64,000 bases of DNA from an uncultured delta proteobacterium (lineage in GTDB: Bacteria > Myxococcota_A > Polyangia > Fen-1088), in NCBI GenBank assembly GCA_963796685.1, contig CAWCMR010000025.1:1376001-1440000 (forward strand), read 5' to 3'. Position 1 is the stretch's first letter; each line of letters starts with the position of its first letter. This document shows, piece after piece, positions 28,156 through 39,534 of this stretch. The notes below the pieces were generated by a model. It had not been told where the DNA came from, did not search any database, and was given only the letters and a program-made list of their open reading frames with translations. Both the position numbers and the translations under genes were made by a program.

Positions 28156-29914
28156 TCACGGCTCGCTCGTGTTCCGCGCGTCGCTCACCTGCACGGTGAT
28201 TTCCTGCCGTCCGGTGACTGGGTGCGCCCCCGGGAAGGCCGTGCGTTTGACGACGCGGAAGGAATCCGCGCGGCGGCTCTGGTTCACGGGCCTCAGGGTG
28301 TCCAAGGCCGATCCAGGTAGATCGCGAATCAAGTGGCCGCCCAGGGAGGCACCATCGTCACGGGTGGTGAGACTGACCACGAGGCTGGACGCGGGATAGT
28401 ACACGCGCAGGTTTTCGATGAAGCCGCGCAGATCCTCGGCTCGCGGCAACTCGGGTTTCGTCTGGGCACCACTCGCGACCTCGATCTTCATCGCCTTGCC
28501 CGCGAGCGCAGGGGGTACGTCGACCTCCAAGGTCCGGGTGTACTCGGCGCCGGCGTAGGGCCGCAAGGTCACGCGCAAGGGGAGGCGCCCGCCCGCTCGT
28601 ACCTTGCCGTCCGGCGCCGATAAGGCGACGAGCACGGCCCTGTCGGAACGAAACTCCACGCGCACGTTCACCTCGATCTTCTCAATCACGGCCGGGGCGA
28701 ACGGGTTGTCGAGCAGACTGGCCGAGAGCGTGCATGCCGTGCGACATCGCCAGGACCTTGGGAGCCAAGGTCTCGTCCGAGAAAAGACAATCGCGAAGCT
28801 CGATGGGTGAAAATCCGCGCACGTGAAAACGCGTGGTCACGTCGGCGACCATGTCGGTGACATCGAGAACCGCCTCGGAGAGCGCGGTGGAAACCGCCAT
28901 GGTGGCGAGCAGTGGCATGAGCCGACGGTGCCGCGCGATGGTCACGGCGAAGGTCGGCTTGCTTACGCCCTGGCTGGTTATCTTTACCAGTACCGGGACC
29001 GTGCCCGCGTGCCCACCGACGAACCCCACCACGCCATTCTTGGTATCGTCGGTGATGCTGCCGATTTCGGCGATGGGCGACGACATCTTGAGCGACGATG
29101 AAAGACTGGGAATGATGGCGTGAATCTCGCCGAGCACCATGGGCAGGTTCACGGCGCCGATGCCCATCATGGGATGGCCAAATGCGAGCACTTGCTTTCC
29201 CTCGGCGAAGGTCAGGGTTCCCATCGCGGTCGCGCTCATGTCCCCTTGCATAAGGGCGACGCCGACCGCGGCGCCCGGAATCAGGGCCTTGGGGGGTGGC
29301 GTCCCCGCGGGCTTTCCGCCCGTCCCCCCTGCGCGAACGGGGTGAAGGCCGAAGGGTTGCAATTCCTCCCCCAGGTAGGCGAGCGAGGCGTCCGAGGCCC
29401 CGGACACCGACAGAGGAATCGCCACCGCTTGCAAGCGCGTGCTGGTCGCGTCCGCGAGCCCCGGCGGTGCGGGCTCCCAGGACTCGGCCTGATAGGGATC
29501 GGACGGCGGACGATCCGGGCGATGGCGCTCGGCGAGCATGTATTCGATGGGCGTGACCCCGGCCAGTGGTTCCTTGGCGAATGACCAGCCGTAGGCGATG
29601 GCCCCCAGCAGCTTGCCATCGACGTACACCGGGCTACCACTCATGCCTGCGGCGATGCCGGTGAAAGCCAGGCGCGGATCCTCGGCACGAACCAGAATGA
29701 GGTCCTGCTTGGGCAGGAACTTGCGCAGGATGGAGACCACGCGGATCTTGAACGGCTCGGGCGTCGTGCCTTGGAACACGGTGCGCGCCTCGCCGACCAT
29801 GCCGGCCTTGACCTCGGACAGCGGGAGGATGGCGGATTGCGCGGTCGCTGTGGCTGGCGCGAGCGTGGAAGCGGCCAGCGCCGAAAGGCAGGGCACGAGG
29901 AAGGGATGCTTCAC
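28156..29914 (-). CDS. SpoIVB-like peptidase (S55); one apparent +1 frameshift at about 28717
   Basis: Signal peptide, GIAAGMSGSPVY, GAIAYGW, GVTPIE, AFGHP. Confidence 0.85.
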
Positions 29915-29969
29915 GATCGGCCAAGCGTAGGGACACACCCTTGCGCTGTCAAACCCGGTTACGTCACCC

Positions 29970-30043
29970 TAATCGCGCGATAGCCGCAGAAGGTCGTGGT
30001 CGTGGCTCGAGCCATCGACCAGGACCACGACGACGACCACCAC
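29970..30043 (-). repeat. Partial copy of the ~200-bp GTGGCC/CACGAC element
   Basis: TAATCGCGCGATAGCCGCAGAAGGTCGTGGTCGTGG matches the ends of the copies at 40912-41107 and 63372-63579. Confidence 0.7.
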
Positions 30044-30115
30044 CAGGATTCTTCAGGCCGGGGCCAACCTTCTCCTTGACGGGGGGCGACCTGGGGACAA
30101 GGATCCCACCGCCTC

Positions 30116-30778
30116 ATGGTCAATGCCGACGTCTTCGTTTCCGAGCTCGAATTCAAGAACCAGGAGTCCTTTCGCGGTCTGGTGGCCTCGGGCTACTTGC
30201 CAGCTCTGGCCGGCGACGGCGCCAGCGTGTCGGACATGCTGCGCCTCGAGACCAAATTCGCCATCGAGTTCATCGAGGCCGCCGCCATCTGGATCGCCGA
30301 TTCCGAATCGCTGGAGATGAAGATCCTGCTCGGCATCCAGTGTGGTGTTCACGCCAGGCAATACCAGAGGTTGCAGGATCGTCTCTCGGCCCTCGGGCTC
30401 GCGCCTGGGTCGTACGATCCGCGCCAGGGCGGCTATTCGAAGCTTTTCGCGTTCCTTCGCTCGCTGCAAACCAGCGAGGAGCGAGCGGCCACGGGCCTTC
30501 TGACCCTGGGCGGATCCGCGGTGGCCAGGCTGGGCGCGCTTGCCGCGGTTTGCGAAGAGAAGGGCGACGCGGACACCCGGGATCTGCTCGGAAACGAGCT
30601 GATCCCGGAGGAGCAACGTCGCACCGACGAGGGCCGAGACCGGTTGGTTCTGCTCGCCACCGCCGAGGACAGCCAGTCGCGTGCGCGCAGGGCCATCTAC
30701 AAGACCATCGAATTGCTCGGCGAGCTCTACGAGCCAGGAGCGCTCAAACGGGTGCTCGGCCGCGCGGCGCGCAAGTAA
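30116..30778 (+). CDS. Ferritin-like helical protein
   Basis: All-helical 220-aa ORF with E...H and E...R pairs reminiscent of ferritin-like domains; metal ligands look degenerate. Confidence 0.55.
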   Translation: MVNADVFVSELEFKNQESFRGLVASGYLPALAGDGASVSDMLRLETKFAIEFIEAAAIWIADSESLEMKILLGIQCGVHARQYQRLQDRLSALGLAPGSYDPRQGGYSKLFAFLRSLQTSEERAATGLLTLGGSAVARLGALAAVCEEKGDADTRDLLGNELIPEEQRRTDEGRDRLVLLATAEDSQSRARRAIYKTIELLGELYEPGALKRVLGRAARK

Positions 30779-30818
30779 GTCGCCGCTCAAAGATAACTTT
30801 AGCAGGCTCGCGGCCGAT

Positions 30819-31580
30819 TCATCCCGCGTCGAGGACGTCGCAGACCACGACGGTGATGTTATCGCGGCCGCCGCGCTCGTTGGCCAGCTCGATGAGTCGG
30901 TTGGCCACAGCCTCGCGCTCGCCCTTGAGCAGTCCATCGACCTCGCCATCGAGGAGATAGCCGTGCAGCCCGTCGGAGCAGAGCATGAACCGATCGCCGG
31001 CTTGGATTTCGAGATCGAGGGTGTCGACCTCGACGTAGTCTTGGTGCCCGACGGCGCGGGTAATGACGTTCTTGCCCGGCGAGTTGGCGGCCTCCTCGGC
31101 GGTGATGAGCCCCAGCTTCAGCCGGAAATTGACCAAGGTGTGGTCCTCGGTGAGCTGGGCCGTCTTGCCATCCCGGGTGAGGTACACGCGACTGTCGCCC
31201 ACTTGCGCGATGTAGGCGGTGCCCGCGCTGATGAGCAAGGACGACAGCGTGCTCGACATGCCCTTTTGCCGCGGGTCGAGCTGACCCATGCCGAAGACCA
31301 TGTAGCAGGCGGATTGCACGGCGCTTTCCAGCAGACGGCGGACCATCCCGGAATTCTCGGGCGATGGATCCGCCACATGGGCGGCGAGTGTCTTGCGCCA
31401 GCGTTTGACCCAGGAGTGCACCAACTCGACGGATTCCGCGCTGGCCACCTCGCCCTTGGCGTTTCCGCCCACGCCGTCCGCGACGATGTAGAGCCTGAGC
31501 TCGTCGTCGAATAGCATACTGTCTTCGTTGTGCGGCCGCCGTCGGCCGACATCCGACTTCCCTGACGAGAGAGTTCGCAT
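30819..31580 (-). CDS. PP2C-family Ser/Thr phosphatase
   Basis: GRRRPHNEDS, VADGVGG, VGDSR, TEDH, CSDGL, GGRDNIT. Confidence 0.95.
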   Translation of the reverse strand: MRTLSSGKSDVGRRRPHNEDSMLFDDELRLYIVADGVGGNAKGEVASAESVELVHSWVKRWRKTLAAHVADPSPENSGMVRRLLESAVQSACYMVFGMGQLDPRQKGMSSTLSSLLISAGTAYIAQVGDSRVYLTRDGKTAQLTEDHTLVNFRLKLGLITAEEAANSPGKNVITRAVGHQDYVEVDTLDLEIQAGDRFMLCSDGLHGYLLDGEVDGLLKGEREAVANRLIELANERGGRDNITVVVCDVLDAG

Positions 31581-31670
31581 GCGAATCGATTCATGGTACT
31601 ACGAAACCTCTGCCCCGGCACCGGGGAACAAGGTTCTTTTGACCCGACAACGTGCTAAAATGAGGATCTG

Positions 31671-33845
31671 ATGCCTGTCGAGGGAAAGGAGGCGGGATTT
31701 CCCTCGCAGTTCGGGCGCTATACCTTGGTTCAGCGCCTCGCGACTGGAGGGATGGCCGAGGTCTTCAAAGCGAAGATCCTCTCGACCCACGGGTTCGAGA
31801 AGCTGCTCGTCATCAAGCGCATCCTGCCCAATTTGGCGGCTGACAAGACCTTCGTGTCGATGTTCATCGATGAGGCCAAGCTCACCGCGCAGCTCATCCA
31901 TCCGAAGATCGTCCAGGTCACGGATTTCGGCGAGGAAGGTGGGCAATATTTCATCGCGCTCGAATTCGTGGACGGCTTCGATGGTCTGGCCTTGTTGCGT
32001 TCCGCGGCGCAAAAACACGTGCGCCTGCCCATCCCGATTTGCATGTTCGTGGCTTCGGAGGTGCTCGACGCGCTCGACTATGCCCACAACGCCAAGGACA
32101 GCGATGGCAAGCCCATGCACCTCGTCCATCGCGACATTTCGCCCTCCAACGTGTTCATCGCCCGGCGCGGAGACGTCAAGCTGGGCGACTTCGGCATCGC
32201 GCACGCGCAAGAGCGCGAATCCAAGACCCAGGCCGGGACGCTCAAGGGCAAGTACGGCTACATGTCGCCGGAGCAGGTCACGGGCGGCGATCTCGATGGG
32301 CGCAGCGACATCTTCGCGGTGGGCATCGTGCTGGCGGAGATGCTGATGGGCAAGCGACTCTTCAGCGCGCCCAACGACCTCGACGTTCTGCTCATGGTGC
32401 GCGACGGGAGGCTCGAACGCTGGGACAAGCACGGCAAGGATGTTCACCCGCGCCTGGATGCCATCGTTCGCAAGGCCTTGGCCAAGAGCCTGGACGAACG
32501 CTTCCAAAGCGCGGCGGAGTTCCGCGACGCTCTCGAGGATCTGCAGTTCAAGTTCGGCATGCGCGTCGGGCCCGCGGACGTGGGCCTGCTGGCGTCGGAC
32601 CTCTTCGACCCCAGCCCGGATGCCGTCGAGCGGCTGAAGGAACACGGAAAGAAATGGGAGATTCGCCCGGAAACTCCCGCGCCTGCCAGCGTCCCACCTC
32701 CACTTCCGCACAGGCCCCAAGCGTCGCCCACGCCGACCGCGGATATGGAGGCGCGTCCGCCGAGTCGGGTTGGAATCGCCGACCCGGCTAGCACGGTGGT
32801 GGGCGCCGCGCTCGACGACGCCCTGGCCGGTTCGATGGCGCTGGTGGGTCTCGACCAATACGAGTCCCCGCCGTCCGTCTCCGATCCGCGCTGGCCGGGC
32901 ACCCCCGGCGAGGCGTCGAGTGGGGCCACGTCGCGCGCCCCCGAGGGGTCCGGTGGTTCCGCCGTCCGTCGCCCCGCCTCGCACGCCAGCGGTCTGCGCT
33001 CCTTTCCTTCGCACGGCAGCAGGCCGACCCAGGGCTTGGCCAACTTCGATGCGGCGGCGGATGCCGTCACGGCGGACGACGCGACCGAGGACGATTCCGA
33101 GCAGCCGATTCCGCCGCCGGTTCCGGGCGCCGTCCCGGACAACAGCGGCGAGCTTTCCCTCATCTCGCCCATGCGCGCCATCGCCGATCTGGCCATCGCC
33201 GCCGATACCGGGCTGATTCGATTTCAGAAGGGCGCGCAAATCAAGGACGTGTACCTCGTGCGCGGAGCACCGGAATCGGTCAACTCGAACATGAGCGGGG
33301 ATCGATTCGGCGAGTATCTCGTCACGCGTGGATTCCTGCGCTCGGGCGATCTGGAGCGCGCCCTGGCCGAGATGCCGCGTTTCGGGGGCAAGTTCGGCGA
33401 GGCATTGGTGGGGCTCGGCTTCATGCGCCCGCTCGATGTCTTCCGCCTGCTCTCGCAGCACGTGCGCGAACGCGTGATGGAGCTGTTCACCTGGACCCAG
33501 GGCGCGTTCAACTACTACCGTGGCATGCGCAATCCCATGGAGGCCTTTCCGCTCGGGCTTTCCAGCTTCGAAATCCTGGGCGCCGGCGTCGTGGCCCTGA
33601 GCTACGACTTTCTTGCCAACCACTTCGAAGCGCTGATGGGATTCCATCCTCGCGCCATGCCCAACCCGCGCGTCAGCCCGGAGGCCTTCCGCCTCGGGCC
33701 CACCCCGCGCGAGGTGCTCGGCCTGCTCGACGGCAGTCTCACCCTGCACGCCTGGGCGGAACGCTTCGCCTCCCCCGACGAGCTTCTGACTTTCTACCGC
33801 ACGCTTTATCTGCTGGTGGAAAGCAGCATGGCCCAGTTCGAGTAG
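31671..33845 (+). CDS. Hanks-type Ser/Thr kinase with Pro-rich linker and C-terminal DUF4388-like domain
   Basis: GGMAEVF, VIKRI, HRDISPSN, DFGIA, YMSPEQ; C-terminal RFGEYLV, FGEALV, LFTWTQGAF. Confidence 0.93.
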   Translation: MPVEGKEAGFPSQFGRYTLVQRLATGGMAEVFKAKILSTHGFEKLLVIKRILPNLAADKTFVSMFIDEAKLTAQLIHPKIVQVTDFGEEGGQYFIALEFVDGFDGLALLRSAAQKHVRLPIPICMFVASEVLDALDYAHNAKDSDGKPMHLVHRDISPSNVFIARRGDVKLGDFGIAHAQERESKTQAGTLKGKYGYMSPEQVTGGDLDGRSDIFAVGIVLAEMLMGKRLFSAPNDLDVLLMVRDGRLERWDKHGKDVHPRLDAIVRKALAKSLDERFQSAAEFRDALEDLQFKFGMRVGPADVGLLASDLFDPSPDAVERLKEHGKKWEIRPETPAPASVPPPLPHRPQASPTPTADMEARPPSRVGIADPASTVVGAALDDALAGSMALVGLDQYESPPSVSDPRWPGTPGEASSGATSRAPEGSGGSAVRRPASHASGLRSFPSHGSRPTQGLANFDAAADAVTADDATEDDSEQPIPPPVPGAVPDNSGELSLISPMRAIADLAIAADTGLIRFQKGAQIKDVYLVRGAPESVNSNMSGDRFGEYLVTRGFLRSGDLERALAEMPRFGGKFGEALVGLGFMRPLDVFRLLSQHVRERVMELFTWTQGAFNYYRGMRNPMEAFPLGLSSFEILGAGVVALSYDFLANHFEALMGFHPRAMPNPRVSPEAFRLGPTPREVLGLLDGSLTLHAWAERFASPDELLTFYRTLYLLVESSMAQFE

Positions 33846-33848
33846 AAG

Positions 33849-35342
33849 CTACTCGCCGGGCCGTGGCTCGAGGATGGCGATGAGGGACAGGGGTGGAAAA
33901 GGTAGACGCGCGTCGACCAGGCGAAAGACCGGCGTGAGGGTGTTGAGCGCGACGATTTGCCCGAGGCCGAAGGTCTTGCGCTTGAGCACCTTGCCGTTGA
34001 GCCACCAGGCTGGCCAACCCGCGCGGTTGAAGAGGACGATTTGTTGCACGGCAAACCCCGCTTGCTCGGCGAGCTCTCGCAGCGTTTCCGGCGTGTAGCG
34101 GCGGCGATGACCCAGAACCTCGTCGAGCGTGCCGAGCAGCTGCGGTCCGTGCGGAACCAGGACGACGGCGCGGCCGCCGGGCGCGAGCACCCGGCGGATG
34201 TTCTCCATGGCCCCGCGATCGTCGTCGACGTGCTCGACGACGTTCAGGCAGACCACGGTGTCGAAGCCGCCCGGCACCTGGGGAAAGGTCTCGCTCTTGG
34301 TCACGTCCGTGTGGGACACGTGAAGGTAGGGCCGATCATGGGTCAGGCCCCTTAGCGAATCCAAGTACAGGGGGTTGATGTCCGAGGCGTAGTAAAGCTC
34401 GCGCGGGACCAGCTGGCGGGTCAGGTTCCCCGTGCCGCTGCCGATCTCGAGCACGCGCTGCCCGCAGTGCGGCCGCACCACATCTCCCATCCAGGCATTG
34501 AAACGCGGGGCGCGCGACAGTCGGTTGAGGGTGTGCGAGCCGTACTCGTCGGCGGTAAAGACGTTGTCGCTGACCCCGAAACGCAAGATGGCCGAAAGCG
34601 CCCCCACACCGTCTCGCCAGTTGATCTTCTTGCCTTCTTGATAGGTGCGGCCCGCGTAGCTGATGGGGACCTCGAAGATGCGGGCGCCACGCTTGGCGAG
34701 CTTGATGACCAGCTCCGGCTCGAGCCGAAAATCGTCCGAGACGATGGGAATGGAGCGCAAGAGATCGGTCCGCACCGCTTTGTAGCAGGTCTCGATGTCG
34801 GTCAGGTTGAGGTCGGTCGCCAAGTTGGTGAGAAAGGTGATCAGCCGATTGCCGAGCTCGTGGCGAAAGTGCAGCGCGCGCCGCACGTCGCCGCCTGCGA
34901 AGCGCGACCCGAACACCGCGTCCGCCCCTTCTTCCTGGAACACCCTGACCATGCGATCGAGGTCGCGCGGGTTGTACTCCAGATCGGCGTCGTGGATGAC
35001 CGTGATGGCACAGCGGGCGTGGGCCAACGCCGTCCGAATCGCGCGGCCCTTGCCGCCGTTCTTCGCGTGCCTCAGGAACACCCAGTCGGTCTTGCTCGCG
35101 CGACCCGAGGCGAGGAGGGAGCTTCCGTCGACAGGTGGGGTGTCATCGTTCCAGATCAGCCCGCGCCCTGTCGCGAAGGTGCGCAGCACTTGAGGCGTGT
35201 CGTCCTTCGAGCAGTCATCCACGACGATGACCTGGAGGTGCTCGAGGTGGCGCGAGCCTTCGAGGACCTCCAGCCGGGCCAGAGAGGTAGCTACCAGGTG
35301 ATGCTCATTGAAAACGGGCACAAGGACAGAGAGAGAGGTCAT
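33849..35342 (-). CDS. GT2 (polyprenol-phosphate glycosyltransferase-like) fused to class I SAM methyltransferase
   Basis: VPVFNE, VDDCSKD, DADLEY, GSRF, EVPISY; VLEIGSGTG, NVVEHV, LAPGG. Confidence 0.9.
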   Translation of the reverse strand: MTSLSVLVPVFNEHHLVATSLARLEVLEGSRHLEHLQVIVVDDCSKDDTPQVLRTFATGRGLIWNDDTPPVDGSSLLASGRASKTDWVFLRHAKNGGKGRAIRTALAHARCAITVIHDADLEYNPRDLDRMVRVFQEEGADAVFGSRFAGGDVRRALHFRHELGNRLITFLTNLATDLNLTDIETCYKAVRTDLLRSIPIVSDDFRLEPELVIKLAKRGARIFEVPISYAGRTYQEGKKINWRDGVGALSAILRFGVSDNVFTADEYGSHTLNRLSRAPRFNAWMGDVVRPHCGQRVLEIGSGTGNLTRQLVPRELYYASDINPLYLDSLRGLTHDRPYLHVSHTDVTKSETFPQVPGGFDTVVCLNVVEHVDDDRGAMENIRRVLAPGGRAVVLVPHGPQLLGTLDEVLGHRRRYTPETLRELAEQAGFAVQQIVLFNRAGWPAWWLNGKVLKRKTFGLGQIVALNTLTPVFRLVDARLPFPPLSLIAILEPRPGE

Positions 35343-35487
35343 GCCGGGACTCTGTATAGCAGCGAAGGCGCGGTGTGAGAAGGCACGAGGACCGCGGGCC
35401 TCTGAGGAAGCCAGGAAGCCAGGAATGGGAGGTAGGGCCGTTGGGGGCCCCGGCTTGACACCTTTGACACGACGAGCGCCGTGCGCG

Positions 35488-36030
35488 ATGAACGACCCCA
35501 TGCTCGACCGATCGGTTGCCAAGGAACGCCAGCGTAAGGAGATGGCCCGGCTTGTCGCTAGGTTTCTCGTCAGAGGTCTCGAGGGTCCGGAGACCAGCAA
35601 GCCGATTGTCTGGAACGTCGTGCGCGCCCTGGCGTTGGTCGGCTTCGTCGTCTTTGCTGCCGTCACCGATCTTACCTGGTTGCACCTCAACATCACCAAG
35701 CCCTTCAAGAACGAGATTATCAACTTTTATGGCAGCTACGCCAACTCCCCCGTCGAGCAGGACGCGGCGCTGCTCTTGCGATGGCTGCCCGCGCAAGGCA
35801 AGGTCGGCTACCTGTCCGACAAGCAAGGGCTGCCACGTTTCGAGGCGAGTCTGCGTCTTGCCCCCCTACTCCTGGATCCGAGCTGGACCCGGCACGAGTG
35901 GGTGCTCGTGGATGGCCCCGTTCGCCAAGGCCTGGCGTTGCTCGAGTCGCCGCGCTACAGGTTGGTGACCGACCTGCGGGATGCGAAGGCCTTTGCCAGG
36001 GGCATGCGCATCTACAGGCGGAGACCGTGA
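35488..36030 (+). CDS. Hypothetical membrane-anchored protein
   Basis: One TM segment; stop overlaps the next start (GTGATG). Confidence 0.65.
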   Translation: MNDPMLDRSVAKERQRKEMARLVARFLVRGLEGPETSKPIVWNVVRALALVGFVVFAAVTDLTWLHLNITKPFKNEIINFYGSYANSPVEQDAALLLRWLPAQGKVGYLSDKQGLPRFEASLRLAPLLLDPSWTRHEWVLVDGPVRQGLALLESPRYRLVTDLRDAKAFARGMRIYRRRP

Positions 36031-37622
36031 TGGCGCGCGTCCTTGCAACCTTGCTTGCGTTCGGCCTGGCGTGGCTCGTCGGCTACTTCGTGGTTGCGGC
36101 GCTGTGGCGCGATCGTTCCCGCGACCCCGCCGATCGCCTGATTCACGCTGCAGCCGCGGTTGGGCTCGGCGTCGGCATCGTCGCCGCGCTCGATTTCCTC
36201 TGCCTCGTTCTCATGGGCAGGGCCTCGCACGCGATCGTCTACGTGGACCTCGCCGTCCTGATCGGGGTATTTCTCGCCCATCGCCTCGGGCGCAAACCGT
36301 CTGCAACTCGGCCCGCGCGCACCCCGGGGCGGATCTCCTGCGGGCTGTTCCTGCTCTTCGTCATCATCGCTCTCGGCGTCGTGGGCACCATGCTGTTGCG
36401 GGCGCCCGATGGTGCCTGGGATGCCATCGCCATCTGGAACCTGCATGCCAAGTTCATGACGGCCACCTCGCCCGGGGCATGGAAGGGGATGTTCGATCCC
36501 ATCATGGCGCCTTCCCATCCCGACTACCCGCCCCTGCTTCCCGCTTTCGTCGCCCGGGGGTGGACGTACGTCGGGCAGCCCATCCCACTCGTCCCCATGA
36601 CCCTCGCGTTCACCTTCACCCTGGGGCTTCTCGTGCTCATCGCGGCGGCCGTGGCCAGTGCGCGCAACGCGATGCTGGGCGCGCTGGCTTGCGCAGTTCT
36701 GGCGGCCAGCCCCATCTTCCTCGGCACGGCGCTGTCTCAGTATGCGGACATGCCGCTGGCTTTCTACTTCCTTCTCGCGCTGGCCCTGCTCCATCGCGCC
36801 GATCAGGAACCGGAGCTTCATGCCGGGTTGCATGTTCTCGCCGGACTTGCCGCCAGCATGGCCGCGCTGACCAAGAACGAGGGATCCCTGTTCATCGTGG
36901 CGCTCGGCGCGGGCCGTCTCCTGCGCATGCTGCTCGTGGGTCATGCCAGGCGCGAGCTCAAGAGCCTGGCCTGGCTTCTCGCAGGCATGGCTCCCATCTT
37001 GTGCTGCTTGCTGCTCTACAAATCTTTCACCCCGGCGAACTACCTGGTCTCCGGTCAGGGCAAGGACTTCTGGAGCAAGCTGCTCAGCCGCCCGCGCGCC
37101 CGGCTCATCGTCGATCAACTCGCCCTCGAGCTGGAGAGTCCGCACAGCTTCGCGGTGGGGTACGTGCAGAAGGTCCGAACCTGGCACTGGCACCTCCTGG
37201 CCGCCGCGTCGTTCATGCTGTTCTTTGGCATCGACCGTCGCCGCCTCGCGCGCCGCCTTTCGCGGTGGGCGCTGGCCCTCGTCGTTTGCGGGCTTGTCGC
37301 GGACATTCTGAGCACGCGCCTCGCAACCGGAGCCTTCGGCTGGCACTGGTCGGTGGCGATCGCCGCCGCCCTGGCCACCGTGGCCATGGGCTTCGACCTC
37401 GGCCGCCTCAAGCATCCCTCGTTCCTGGCCGCCACGACCACCCTCGTCCTCATGAATGCCGGCTACTTCGTCGTGTACATGCTTACGCCCCTCGATCTGC
37501 GGTGGCAGCTCATGTTCTCGATCGAGCGCCTGGTCTTCCACACCATGCCCGTGGCCATCTTCGTCGCCTTTTTGGCCATGGCCTCGTGGGGGCGCGACGG
37601 CGTGTCCGTCGTCGGGTCGTGA
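36030..37622 (+). CDS. Multi-pass membrane protein, putative GT-C glycosyltransferase
   Basis: WDAIAIWNLHAK, HPDYPPLLP, YADMPL, TKNEG, more than 10 TM segments. Confidence 0.75.
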   Translation: MARVLATLLAFGLAWLVGYFVVAALWRDRSRDPADRLIHAAAAVGLGVGIVAALDFLCLVLMGRASHAIVYVDLAVLIGVFLAHRLGRKPSATRPARTPGRISCGLFLLFVIIALGVVGTMLLRAPDGAWDAIAIWNLHAKFMTATSPGAWKGMFDPIMAPSHPDYPPLLPAFVARGWTYVGQPIPLVPMTLAFTFTLGLLVLIAAAVASARNAMLGALACAVLAASPIFLGTALSQYADMPLAFYFLLALALLHRADQEPELHAGLHVLAGLAASMAALTKNEGSLFIVALGAGRLLRMLLVGHARRELKSLAWLLAGMAPILCCLLLYKSFTPANYLVSGQGKDFWSKLLSRPRARLIVDQLALELESPHSFAVGYVQKVRTWHWHLLAAASFMLFFGIDRRRLARRLSRWALALVVCGLVADILSTRLATGAFGWHWSVAIAAALATVAMGFDLGRLKHPSFLAATTTLVLMNAGYFVVYMLTPLDLRWQLMFSIERLVFHTMPVAIFVAFLAMASWGRDGVSVVGS

Positions 37623-37736
37623 ATGAGGGCCGCCCCGCTTCCTCACCCCCATCACCGCGAGAGACAGCCATCGCGGGATTTCGGTGTTCTCCTCCTCGCC
37701 TAGCGGTGGGCGGACATGAGACACTTGCCCCGCGCA

Positions 37737-38771
37737 ATGGCCAAATTCGTTTCCAGTCCCGAAACATTCTTCGTCGAGGAGATCCCCGCCTACTTGCCCT
37801 CGGGAGAGGGTGACCACACCTACGTGTGGATCGAGAAACGCAATCTCACGACCCTGGACGCCGTCAACAGGTTGGCGCGCGTGCTCGGCGTGGACAGTCG
37901 CGATGTGGGCTACGCGGGCATGAAGGATCGCCGTGCCACCGCCAGACAGTGGCTCAGCCTTCCCGGGGTCGATCCCGCACGGGCCCAGGAAGCCGCGGTC
38001 GAGGGCGTGCGTATCCTGGCCACCGCTCGGCACCGAAACAAGTTGCGCGTCGGGCACCTGCACGGCAATCGCTTCGAAATTTGCCTGGACGACGACGTCG
38101 ACCTTGAAGGCACCGCCCTCGCCAACGCGCTCGACGAGCTGGCCCGCCGGGGCGTGCCCAACCGCTACGGACGCCAGCGCTTCGGTAGCGCCGGCGACAA
38201 CCTCGAGGTCGGCCTGTCCGTCTTGCGCGGCACGCGTCGAGAGCCGGATGGTCGTCGGCGCAAGCTCCTGCTCTCGGCCGTGCAATCCGCGGTGTTCAAT
38301 CGCGTTCTCGATCTGCGGTCCCAAGAGAGCGGCCTGCTGACCGTGCTCGGGGGCGACATCCTGGAGAAAGTCGCTTCCGGCGGACAGTTCGCCTCGACCG
38401 ACGCCGCCGCCGATCAGGCGCGCGTGGATGCCGGCGAAATCGTTCCCACCGCACCGCTGCCCGGGGGGCGCGTTCGCAGCCCGGAACCGGGCAGCGCCGC
38501 ACGCGCGCTCGAGGATCGGGCGCTGGCGGATCTCGGCATAGGTCTCGACGAGCTCGGCCAAGTGGGGCGTTCGCTGCCGGGCACGCGGCGGCCTGTCGTG
38601 GTGAGGGTGACGCTCGACGAGCCGGCCGTGGTCCGCGAGTGGGGGCGCCTGCGCCTGCGCTTTTCGCTGCCGCCTGGGAGCTACGCCACCGTGGTTCTCG
38701 AAGCCCTGGGTGTGGAGCAGGGTAGACAGGACGAACCTATGCTAGCTTCGGACGCGGAACCGGCCAGCTGA
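37737..38771 (+). CDS. truD: tRNA pseudouridine(13) synthase
   Basis: GYAGMKDRRA, GNRF, PNRYGRQRFG, SAVQSAVFN, LPPGSYAT. Confidence 0.94.
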   Translation: MAKFVSSPETFFVEEIPAYLPSGEGDHTYVWIEKRNLTTLDAVNRLARVLGVDSRDVGYAGMKDRRATARQWLSLPGVDPARAQEAAVEGVRILATARHRNKLRVGHLHGNRFEICLDDDVDLEGTALANALDELARRGVPNRYGRQRFGSAGDNLEVGLSVLRGTRREPDGRRRKLLLSAVQSAVFNRVLDLRSQESGLLTVLGGDILEKVASGGQFASTDAAADQARVDAGEIVPTAPLPGGRVRSPEPGSAARALEDRALADLGIGLDELGQVGRSLPGTRRPVVVRVTLDEPAVVREWGRLRLRFSLPPGSYATVVLEALGVEQGRQDEPMLASDAEPAS

Positions 38772-38864
38772 CCGGATACGCGATGGGCACCGGCGGTTTT
38801 GCCCGACGGCACCCATCGCAGGAGCCCGAAAGAACCCTCAAAGGGTTTTTTCCCAGGAGACACC

Positions 38865-39530
<666 letters not shown>

Positions 39531-39534
39531 TCGC

